Source: Folioceros fuciformis (Eukaryota). From it: DNA of 52,181 nucleotides. Position numbers and translations under genes: made by a program. Where the stretch lies: positions 41,916 through 94,096 of the forward strand of contig JBNGIO010005928.1 of the NCBI GenBank assembly GCA_049999805.1. The letters run 5' to 3'. This document shows, piece after piece, positions 41,356 to 52,181 of the stretch; within the stretch, counting starts at the first letter, position 1, and the number at the start of each line of letters is the position of its first letter. The notes under the pieces are model-generated. The model was not told the DNA's origin and searched no databases. It saw nothing but the letters and a program-made list of their open reading frames with translations.

Positions 41356-43399
41356 CACTAGGTTCTGCCTACCGTGCACGCACTCCCAAACAGCAGCGTC
41401 ACGAGCCAGTAGTTTTGGTGTTGCACCAGTCTAAAATCGCTGGCACCGGCAGCAAAGAAGTTCTGTGGCAGCCGCTGCTGTGGCTAGAGACGTTGCGCTT
41501 CGATCTCAATACTGTGTGGTTGGCCTCCTCCACGGCCAAATAGCCATCTCAAATGAAAACATAAGCGAGCGATGCAAGGGAGTCAGGACCACGTTGCATA
41601 GGACAAACACGCTTAACCCCAGACCGTCCAAGGAATTCGAATCGAGTCCCTGCGTCCAGGTTTGGCTGACTTGCTCCACGTACCAGGATGCCAGGAAGCC
41701 GTCGGTCGGTCACGGATTGATTGACGGGCAGCCCGCGGACAGGCGGTCACGAACGTTGGAAGCGACTACTATCACGGCTTAGCCTCGTGGAGCGTTGTCT
41801 GCCACCAGAAATGCGAAATGTTGAGCTGCCACAGCCAGGCGACATGGACTTCTCAGGTTCAGGATCTGATCAACAATTCTCCACGCCCCTCTTCTCGCAC
41901 TGAGCTGCACATGAACAAACTTCCTGCCAGGTCCTCATCCCAAATGTTTGGACCCGACCCAAGAAACAAAGTCCGTTCCTGGCAGCTCAATTGTTGGACT
42001 TCACAATCTTGTCTAACGTTATTGAGTCCCTTCCAGCGAGGCTTAACATCAACTCCCTGGTGATAGCATGTCTTCGGCGCTTTCCTCAGCTGGTTGCGGA
42101 ATCAGGCGAAACATTTGTTGGTGTGACTTTTAGAGGCATTTCTAGAGGTGCAGGCCGGTACCTCGCACCCGTTTTCTGCAATCCGGGCTCGGTGTCAACG
42201 CACCTGCAGGATGGTGCTCTCCATCGCCACGCTCAACTCGCTTGCAACATATCCTCATTGCACATGGATTTAAAAGAGAGTTGCTGGTACTTGACTGTTC
42301 TTCTACACTACACCTGGCCCAAAAGGCTCGAGCTGACCCGCTTGAAAGGGAAAAGAGGCCGACGAAGAAGATCTGGCCCAGCGTTTGCTCTCGGAATATC
42401 GAAGACCCTACCTTTGGCGCGAAGCAAACAAAGCGAGAAGCTGCTTCTATTACGGCATTCTGCAGCGTAAGCTGAGAACATACATGCATTTCAGCATTCT
42501 GCAGCGTCAGCTCTATTTGTCCGCATCAATTATGTCAACACACACACCTTAAGAAGGTCTCACAACAGCAACGTTGTTCGACTGGCCGCCCAGAATTCAG
42601 TCTTAGCAGCACAAGTAAGTGAGTTGTAGTAGGTCGTTCCAGTAGGTTCAGGGACTGCAAATCAGCAACAGCACTCATAGACAACTACCACATCCAACTG
42701 TAGGTCTACATCAGGATCACCGATCGATTCCAACTTCAGACTTCAAAATTCATGTGATTTGTTGTACGTAATCAGTACAGTCCTCAGCGGTGGCGGCCTC
42801 TCGCACACCAGCAGCCCTCTGCACGCACGATGACTTCAAACAACTGATCACCCTAGCTACCTTGCCAGCAACTCAACTGTTTTCTCTCTCCACGCTGCAG
42901 CCACCCTTCTCTAGCCATGCCTCTAGCGCTTGTACCAGCTGAAGGATAGCTCCAAGGGGTTCAAGCCACACCGCTTGCATGCTTGACTCACACGACAGTC
43001 TATGATGGCCTGCCGTTGCTCCATGACTGGTACGTTGGTGCTACTTGGCTCAGCTTGGATCTGGTCGTGATTTGTGCGTCGTCAACCACTGTGACTTATA
43101 ACTGGAAAACCTAAAAACTAGCCAACTAAACTCTCTGCCCGCATAATTCAGCACAACTTATCGGGCTCTTTCTATTTCTATGAAAACAAGGCCTAACTAA
43201 ATGAGGTCATGTTTCCAATATTCCTCTTGGTAGTGAAAGAGGAATCCCATTTGACTACTAAACCTAGTGTCTCCATTCTACCTAACCTAATGATATATAC
43301 TTATGATTGATACTTTGTTACGAAAAAGAGATGGATGGAAGACCTTAAGTCTATAAGGAAAAACACAATCCCAAGCTCTCAATTCTTTGCAATGCAAAA

Positions 43400-44400
43400 C
43401 CAACACCAACTTGGCAGTTTGCCTAAAAAATTTTGCCCCTTAAGCAGCTAGCTCGTCCTCAGTAAGCCATCTTCCAACCCACAGAAAGTGGGATAGTACC
43501 ATAATCGATCTTAAGGCTCCATTGCCAATCTTCCCATCATGTTGGCCTTGTTTTTCTAAAAAGCCACAAGAGATACCACTCAGCATCTATTTGTGTAGCT
43601 CAATGTCGGGCTGACAAGAGAAGTGTAGACCACTCAGTCGAATTCTAGAAGAGCTAGATCCTCCTCCAAGTCCTGTTCTTGTTCCCCAACATCCATTGTA
43701 TAGGCGTCCCATGCTTCTACTCCCACCTCAACTTGTGTTGTCAATGCCTGTGTAACTCCTTCATCCATGTCACTCTGTAGCCAGCTAACATCTAGCAAGG
43801 ACTTGTTTGCGAGAATGTTGTCTATCCTTCTTCTCCCTTTCGGAACATCTTGCATTGGTTCAAGATGTTGGGTAAGGAAGCTCTTCCAAGGGTAGCTACA
43901 AGGGTCAGCAGTCCCAACGATCCATTGTGCATGGAGAGCTTTCGTTTTGCTCAAAGTGTCCACTAGCCCTAGGCGCATCAATTGCCTAATCTTGTGATGC
44001 CATGCCACCTTTTTGCATTGTACTAGGTCCCTTGCAATTTCAGTTCCACATAAAGTTGGTCACAACCCACTCCAGCCACTTGTACTCTATCTTCAAGAGA
44101 GCCCACAGGAAAAGATAATACTACAAGGAGGCAGACAAGATATGGTTCATCACCACCAATTTACTAATGAGTTTGAGCTCTAGGAACTATAGGCTTGTTG
44201 CTTTCTTCATCAACCAATGGAGAATAAATTTACCAATCTTCTCATTCTCCTCTTTTTCTCGAAAGGGCAAACCTGGGCAAACCTAGGGTACTATTGTGAA
44301 GATCTAGGATGCACTTGCGAAATATGGCTAATGCATTATGGTATCTCAATTCCCATGTTTAGGGACACCATGCGGGTCATTTATGTCTATTGGGAGGGTG
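43400..44400 (-). mobile_element. Degenerate non-LTR (L1-like) retrotransposon ORF2 fragment, post-RT region
   Basis: Frameshifted motifs LGLPF, KLVVMNHILSA, FMWN, AKKVAWH, LGLVD...KALHAQW; boundaries approximate. Confidence 0.6.
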
Positions 44401-44969
44401 GCTTAAATGTGATTTCGAAAGTTGTTGCATCTTATCCCCATTTGGGTCTTTGCAAATTGGTACTCCCAAATAAAAAACTGATGTTGGTTGATTCCAAAAG
44501 GCGTACTTCCAAAAAGGGTGTTGTGGCGGTTGGTCGGTTCGCGGGCGGGCGGTTGGAAGGTGATCAGGTTACTGTTCTGCTGCGTTATCCCTCCACTGCC
44601 AGGAGCGGGGGGTAGTCGCTGCTCGGTTACCCGCCTCACGCAATCCCCCCCTCTCCAATGTAACCTCACCAGCTTCCTCCGACACTGATGGTGCTTCACC
44701 TCCCGACTTGGAGTGGGCTCAGCATCTGCACAGTAAGTCTGGCCTGGTCCAACCGAGCCCTTATTCACGACCACCCATTGCCCCCGCTCGGGTCACAAGA
44801 GAGCGCTTACCTCTCCCGGCTGATATATGTGGGTTATCAATTGATATATATAGCGTCATACAATCTTTTCAGTGGCAATATGGGTTATTTACCCAAGTTG
44901 GAGCGCTGCATTCAACGTGATTAGGCGGCAGCTACCCTTACGCACCAAGCTGAGAGAGCCAAGTACCTG

Positions 44970-45990
44970 GCTGAGGGTAATTGGGGTGAGGAAAGAGTTC
45001 GGGTCGGTACCACATGATTCGGGTACTCACGATCCATGGGTAGAGGTCAAAGCATACAACGTCCACGATACCAGTAAGCAGACGGATCTGAATCCTAAGT
45101 TTGTTGTCCAAGTGTACAGAGATGTGGTCGTTACCGGAGATTTACATTTTGCCGAAGCAGCCTGGCCTGCAGTGTACGCGGATCTGGCATACATGGACCA
45201 ATTTGACAGAGATAGGGATGGTCTCATCGAAAACGATGGGTTCCCTGACCAAACGTATGATACCTGGCCTGTCCATGGTATCACTGCTTACTGTGGACGA
45301 CTCTGGCTGGCGGCCCTTCAAGCGGCTGCTGTTATGGCTGACCTAGTTCAAGACATGAATGCAGCTAAATTTCCGTGGGAAATTTAGCCAAGCAAGGGTT
45401 GTGTGTGTCAAGAAGCTTTAGAACGCCTCCTACTTCAATTACGACAGTAGAACGAGCAGTAATAGCAAGTCTATTTAGGCTGACCAAATGGCGGGGCAAT
45501 GGTATGCTTGGGCATCTGGGTTGCCACCACTCTTCGAGGACTACAAGCCACGAAGTGCGCTGAGAAAGATCTTCGATTTCAATGTCCTCCAGGTGCAAGG
45601 AGGCAAGATGGCGTGCCCCCAGACGGCAGAGTTGATGAGACCTCAATGCAGTCTCGCGAGGTGTGGACAGGTGTAACGTATTCCCTGGCTGCTGCTAGGA
45701 TCTATGAAGGAATGAGGGATGAGGCATTTATAGCTGCTGAGGAAATCTACCTGGCTTCATGGTTGGACTTGGGGTAAGTCAGCAACATGCTTTTGAGAAT
45801 GCTTGCACCTGTTCCTCTGTCCATGCAACTCCCTTACTAACAAGTGCTGTGGCACCACCAGGTACTGGTTCCAAACTCCAGAGGCTTGGACAACAAGTGG
45901 ACGCTATAGATGCCTCACTTACATGCGGCCACTCGCTATCTCGGCTATGAAGTGGGCACTCCATCCGCCAAAGAATGTCAAAGAGGCTCC
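44970..45990 (+). pseudogene. GH116 non-lysosomal glucosylceramidase (GBA2-like) 3' fragment, frameshifted
   Basis: [79 protein letters not shown]. Frameshifts near 45370-45470 and ~45610; intron 45774-45861 retained; 5' half absent. Confidence 0.9.
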
Positions 45991-46050
45991 AAAACTTCAG
46001 CATATGGAGAATGCCAGTGTTAGGGTCTTGAGGACATACACTGATACACT

Positions 46051-46138
46051 GATACACAGTGAGACAGAGAGAGGCAGACAGTGAGGAGTCTAGCGATACA
46101 CAGTGAGACAGAGAGAGGCAGACAGTGAGGAGTCTAGC
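46051..46138. repeat. 44-bp tandem duplication
   Basis: gatacacagtgagacagagagaggcagacagtgaggagtctagc x2. Confidence 0.9.
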
Positions 46139-46814
46139 CTTGAGGCATAGCTGTGGAGGGCTTGAAGAACAAGCTTGTCAGATTGAGTCTAGTAGCCAGC
46201 GGGGCGTAGATCGCCAGACTGGGGTACAGCTTCCTGCACGAAGGCTTCTCTTCTGTTGCAGATGCTTTGAGGCATGCTCCAAGGCCACCAATTCGCCAGC
46301 TTTGCAATGTCTGTTCCGCCGTTCTCTGCTGTGAATGACGTTGACGTAATTCATGGTTATCGTTGCAGATCCACTCCTTCAGACACTGGAGTCGATTGAA
46401 GGTCTTAAACCTGGAGATACTCTTGGGTACCGTCATCTTGTTAGTGGAATATTCTTTGAACTGTAGGAGCTTAATCACTGGAAGAACCCGAAAATGTGAG
46501 GAGCTTAGACAGTGAAGGAGACTAGACCGCGACGGGCCTTCATGTTATTTCACCTCGAAATGTCTTCCGGAGTTCCGTTCGAGGCACAAGAACGCTAAGG
46601 GAGCTGCCTCCGGACGTGAGAGTTGTATAATGTTATTTAAATAAATTTCCCAGAAAAAAATATCTCAATCCAATGACAGGAGGACTTTACCAAATACAGA
46701 ATCGTGGTGACCTTTTGAGAAGATCAATTCCGGTGGGAGGTTGCCTGTTCTAAGATGGGAAACTGCCTAGCCTGCAGGGCAGGTGATTTTGGCACAGCTC
46801 AAACTCTCGATCTC

Positions 46815-48025
46815 CTAACGAGGCCTTAAGACTCTCTGCAATGAAGGAAAAATGCCGGATAAGAAGGAAAAGACTTGAGACACAGATGCTACGAATATCT
46901 GATGACAAAATAACTCACCCTTGGAACGTTCGCAGCCACAGCAGTGTGATCGTTATCAGCGTTGTCAGTAGCGAATATTTCATTGTCCAGCTTGAAGTAA
47001 GTGTCCAACGACAACATCGAAAAGGGTCTGATTTGATTCACTTCCATCGCGGAAAGGTTTTTCATCTGGCACAAGGAGCCCACAGTGGCCGCTTAGTAGA
47101 GAAGCACATTAATACTCCAAAGAGACTTGAAGTGCCCATCACCCACCATCTTACTTTCACAGCATGTGTTCTACCAGACAGCTTGGGGAATCCATGGTCA
47201 ATCTTATCCCGTCGAACATTTTAAACGTCCTCAACTTTGGTACAAACCTGCCGGGGTGGTATTGTTAGACCAGGGGTGACTGGAGTGTGAAGACACCAGT
47301 ATTGTATGCCTGGGCCATGTGTGTATAACCCACCTCGAAGGCTCTGTTCTGCAACTCCGTCTCACTGCAAGAAGCACCAAGGCGCAGCGTCAGCAAAGCA
47401 TTTGTGACAGCACTGGTACAGGAAGGGTGGAAAACACCACACAACATACTTGACCAGAACAAGACGTGCCAACTCGATGTAGTGAAATGCGAGAGGCTGA
47501 AACTCCACTGGTGCTTCCTTTTCGGCATCTAGAGTTTGAGCAAGTTTCTCTGAGACCAGCCCAGAAGAACACACTCGCTCAATGAGCAGGGCAGAGTGAA
47601 AGCAGAGAGAGTTGAAGGCACACCTGCAGACATCCAGTCGGGGATTTGAATTCTGCATTTCCCACGTTTCTTCAATGCAATGCCGAGCCAAGCAGGAACT
47701 TTGATGGGAACCTGAGGAAGAAATGGACCGTAGTCTCCCTGTGGAAACACCCACCAAAGTTCGTTAACGATGTTGCCACTTCGAGGGAAGAACACACAGG
47801 CAAGCATAAGCAGCTGAGGTGTAGAGCATACGCAGATGAGGTGTAGCGTGTCCATACGGACGTGGGGCACGACCTCAACATTCTCTCCCTCAGCTGAGAA
47901 CTCAACCTGCACAGAAGGCGAATGTGAGGAACATGCACGCTTGCCAAAACCGTTTTCTGCACCTGGATCGCTCGTCCAGACCGACTTGCCTCAGCAGGTG
48001 TGAAAGGGCTCAACGTGGTGTCCAT
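46815..48025 (-). pseudogene. PSF2: GINS complex subunit PSF2; 8 exons (48025-47990, 47906-47832, 47738-47624, 47549-47450, 47364-47334, 47247-47155, 47065-46919, 46835-46815), with in-frame TAA at 47223-47221
   Basis: FTPAEVEF.AE.E.VEVVP, GDYGPF.PQ...VPAWL...LKKRGKC.I..PDWM, FQPL.FHYIELA, NLSAMEVN.IRPF. The model is 205 codons with a stop at codon 128; it could be an intact gene with a base error. Confidence 0.85.
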
Positions 48026-49899
48026 CCTCCCCGCCGTTGCCGCTTCAGGCCCCAGCCGGTGAGATGCCGTGCTCGGGATTGTGTACCACCTCGGAACATA
48101 CCCAACAGAGTGCTGCTTCACCGTTGGGCCCGGTGCCTACGGACCCGGCCCTCTCATACTCCTTTCTCGCGCACGCTGTGTTCTATTTGTCAGTCGTGAT
48201 CGCAAATCCAGGGATCTTAAGCTTCTGCCTCTGCGAAATTGCAGAGATACAAGTAAACAAGCCATGAGGCGCATGACATGCGAAGAAAGGGTAAGTGGAT
48301 CAAGGAGCGGAAGTCGTCAAATCGATTAGGAGCAGTGCGAGATGCCAGATAAGATTGTACGACGTTCACGCTACACAGTCTGCCCACCATGGTTGACAAT
48401 CTTCTTCGTCTTCTTCGTGGCCTTACTTGTGTGCAAGGGAGAACACTGGAGGTCAAAATAGGCACCTTTTGTGTCAGCAACTTTCTGAAAAAATTGGAGT
48501 CAATTGTGCAAGAGTTGAAGCAACTGTCGGACAAGTAGACGAACCATGACCCATCTGTGTTCCCCGACACCGGCGCTTTACCAAACGGAAGATTACATAG
48601 TGAGATCAGCACCGCACAGCGAGGTATGAGGGAAAAACGGAACGGAGGGCGTTGTAGGACAATTCTGATCTGCCCAATGAGGTAGCTAGATATTGACACA
48701 ACACGATTTCTTTTCTGCCTACGGTGGCTAAACATGTCGGATTCAAGACTTCCTGGACAGAAAATGGTTACAAAATTTCACAGGAGGGTTGCTACATTTC
48801 ATAAGTCCCGAGGACACGAACGCGACCTAAGCTCATCATGCCCCAGTGGCACCACCCTTGCCCTTCCCTTGCACGTCTTGTTCCATAGCTGCCTGAACTG
48901 CATAGCCAAATACCTATAGCACACAAACTGGCCTACTCTGTCATAAACTATCTTCCACAACCTAGGTCCCACACCCCAATTCCACACAACTGGAACAATG
49001 CTCGCTATCACCTCCAGTGTTGCCTCCCCAGCCACCAGTGGTTCAGCACTACTGACCTTGTCCTCCCCTACAGGGTCCACATCCTCCTCTCCTGGGGCAT
49101 GTGCACTATCCTCCCCCACAAACGCACTTGCCTCCTCTACGAAGTGCGCTGCAGCCCCAACTGCCTGCCACATCACTGCGGCCATAAACCTAGGGCCCCC
49201 CCTTGCAGCACTTGTAGGGGACGAGGGTGAGGCCATAGTAGTCCTCGCCCTCTCCTCTACTGCTTTGTGACGCTGTGGGGGAGGCTGTGACTTTTGCGTG
49301 CTAGGCCCCAACCGCAGTTGCCGCCTCCAAGCTACCTGCCCCAATCCTGAGGCATCTACATCCTAGCACGGCGATGCTGGCTGCGCTTGCCAGATTGCCA
49401 TCGCCACCGCCAATGCTACACACCCTCGCTGCTACTAGCCTCTCCTCAAGCTCACTTGTTCTACCCTCACACCCAAGGCTGCACCTTGCCATCGCCGCAA
49501 CCCCATTCGGGTATGTCACCTTCAAGAGGGCCTTCACAAGGACGCTTCTCCTTGGACAAGAAGAAAATGCTCAGTTGTGTTAGGCCTCCCCCATCTTGTC
49601 TCCCCAACCCTTCCTCCTCCTTTGTCCTCTTATGTCGTCGCACGCACCCATTGCCACCCACAGCGATAGTGTACGCGGCTGCTGCTATGGTCCAAATTAA
49701 TCTAATAGCAACTGCAAAGGAGGGGATGCAAGCAACGACGACAATGGTGCATGCAATGGCAGCTCCTCCAAATATGCCAGCTTGTGTCTGCACTCTAATG
49801 CTTTGTTATGGCTGCTTGCTCCAACAATGCTCCCATTGCTGCTCTATGTCTACAATGCTCTGCAGCTGATACCCCTCCCCCCTCCACCTACCCCACATA

Positions 49900-50460
49900 C
49901 ATTTCATCCTGCACCACGAGAGTCACCTTGCAGTGTGCCTTAGACATCTACAATGAAAGGAGACAGATAAACCTTTGCCCAAGTGCATTGCAAACCACGT
50001 CCTCAACCATGCCCTTGGCCTCTCGTTCAGCGAACTCCTCCGAATGCATGCCAAGGATTTTAGTTGCCGTAGAAAAAGGCTTTGCCCATACCTGCTCCCC
50101 TTCACCCTCTAGTAACATGCGAGCTTAGAACATGAACGCATACCCCCTGCAGGTGTTGCACTTCTTGCACCACCTCGCTGGCACTGCAATGTGGCATGCA
50201 ATGCATCCTAGGTACACCAAAAATTGGAAAGTGTCGCTATTACTGGATTGGTCTCCAAGGGAAATTGCCATGTGCTACACGGCCCGCGCCTGTAGCACCA
50301 TCTAGCACCTTCCTTTCTTGCTCGGTGCCTCCATCCTACCCATACTTCTCCACGGTCTTACGGCAGATGCTTGGATGTCCCCTTGCCCTAAAATGTGCAA
50401 AATTGTAGCAGCCTCTTTCTCCCACGTTGTGCATTTCACCTTGTGTAAAGTTTACCGACG
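49900..50460 (-). pseudogene. RPA1/RPA70-like OB-fold relic with C4 zinc motif (possibly Helitron-derived)
   Basis: Manual translation through stops: KVKCTTWEKEA... and LVYLGCIACHIAVPARWCKKCNTCRGYAFMF*ARMLLEGEGEQVWAKPFSTATKILGMHSEEF...ALGQRFICLL. Confidence 0.5.
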
Positions 50461-51428
50461 CACTCTGATGTCAATGCAGAGTGCTCCAATAGACCAGGGC
50501 ACTCTAATGTCAATGCCGATCTACCAGTGTACTCTTCAAGAAAATGTTCGAAATCAAGAACCATGGACCATTGATAATGTACCTCTAATGTAGATTTGCG
50601 ATTTTATCAAGGCATGTGTCATGCGGTCGGGAACATCATTCCCACCATGTAACTGGATAGTTTCATACACTTTTGCTATAACACACCCACAATTCAATTT
50701 TGTTGTCTTCGATTGCCATCATGAAGAAAGGGAAGTACGACATGACCATTTTAGAGTTCATTTCCGCCTGTTGTATAGTAAACCGACAGAACCATGGATA
50801 TGTGCCACGAAAATTACACAAAAAATTCATTCGAAGCTTGATACGGCGAAATCCGACTATTAGGTATAGACCATGTTAGTTGATGAAAAAATGGGTCGTT
50901 TTCAAATCCTCTGCGGAGAGGGAACTAGATGCAAAATGTTACATGAGGTGCGTCATGGCCATGCCCACGGGTGAGCACACAGGCTTGTGCAATTAGCTTG
51001 GACGAAGCAGTAATGGGACGCACAGTTGTATCCATTTGATCCCTTAATGAATGAGATTTTGTGTAGGATGTGTAGTTGGGTAGAGATTGTACATGCCACT
51101 ACGTGTTCCCCTAAGTGCTATGCAATATCATGTAGTATATGACAAAATATATCACTTACTTTTGTGTGCATGTTGCAATCGATGGGGCCACACATTACGT
51201 CCCGTGGTTAGTGTTGGAATACAATAGACGAGGCTTTACTGTTTCCAACGCATATGTGGATGTAGCTTGCAAGTTTGAGCACCTCCTGTGCATCCACTTG
51301 GACTATGCTATAGAGCATAATCTCATCTATGCAGATATGAACCGTGCACGACCTAGTGCCAATGGCAACAATTTCATGCGTGGACCGTCAGTGCACAATC
51401 AGGTGTGTGGAGATTTCCATGTTTGAAT

Positions 51429-52181
51429 TGTTGACTCCAATGGCGCCCATGTCGCGCAGCAGCCGCATAGCTGCATGCCTACCTAGCCTGTCTACCAAGC
51501 TAGGTCACTAAGCTTCCGCCTGCCTGCGATCTCCTTGGCCTTCGGCCCAGGAGCAACAATCCTAGCCTTAATTTGTCCTTGGCCTATGGCCAAGAGCAAG
51601 GCTACAAAAAGAGACTAGGTTTGCCTAAGAGAGGCAGACCCGGGACCCGTCAACACCGTGCTTGCAGGCCTGCGCTGCAAGTACACGTAATCTCCAGATG
51701 CAAACTTGCGGCCTTTGGGCTTCCACGAGCCCCCCCGCGTATAAGCATACCTCAGCTGGTCCCGATGCTGGGCCACAGCCAAATTATCCATAGCCATGGG
51801 AAGAATTCTTTGAAATACTTCTGCTCTGGCTTGAACCTGTGCCAAGCACACATTTGCATCTTTGCTCCAATCAACAGGGATGGAGTAGGTGTCCTTCACC
51901 ACATTCGGCAACACTGCGTTGCGTCCAAATAACAAAAAGTATGGACTGAAACTTCCAAGAGCTGCCTGCACACTGACCCTGTACCCCAACACGATGTAAG
52001 GGAGCAATTCATCCCAACACTTGGGCTCCACAGTAATGCAGTATTTCCTTAGTGCATCCTTGAAGGTCTGCACTAGCCTTTCTGCCAGGCCATCGGCCTG
52101 TGGATGATCCCTCGATGTCCTCCTGTGATCAATGAGACTCCTGTCGAGCAAGGTCTGGAATTCACCTCGAAACTCGTTACC
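51429..52181 (-). mobile_element. Ty3/Gypsy integrase fragment running off the window, possibly joined to an LTR end
   Basis: GNEFRGEF...HRRTSRDHPQADGLAERLVQTFKDALRKY...WDELLPYIVLGYR..VQAA...SPYFLLFGR...FASGDYVYL. A candidate LTR terminus ...GTCAACA is at 51429. Confidence 0.85.

Noticed and set aside
48799-49869. Several 100-180-aa ORFs
   Set aside because: No recognisable domain; probably decayed TE sequence.

Overview
This is a eukaryotic nuclear window from a land plant. The compact genes, ~80-130 nt introns and GC-rich SSR-laden intergenic DNA suggest a bryophyte such as a hornwort; that is inference only. Spliced models were built by hand. Apparently intact genes: plastid sigma factor SIG1-like (-), RPS5/uS7 (+), GFAT (+), an intronless F-box gene (-), an atypical PEBP-domain gene with a ~515-aa acidic N-terminal extension (+) and an FkbM methyltransferase (-). 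Damaged genes: a GH116/GBA2 fragment, a PSF2 (GINS2) copy with one in-frame TAA, and an RPA1-like OB-fold relic. Mobile elements: a nest of two related Ty1/Copia elements (10777-23007), LINE fragments and a Ty3/Gypsy integrase at the right edge. The inner Copia has a clean ATCTG target-site duplication and non-canonical TG...GA LTR ends. The most unusual signal is that both Copia elements carry an extra ~140-codon ORF between PBS and gag, sharing MP-basic starts and QSNL and L-x-x-RINNL motifs. There is a 100-N assembly gap at 35009-35108.
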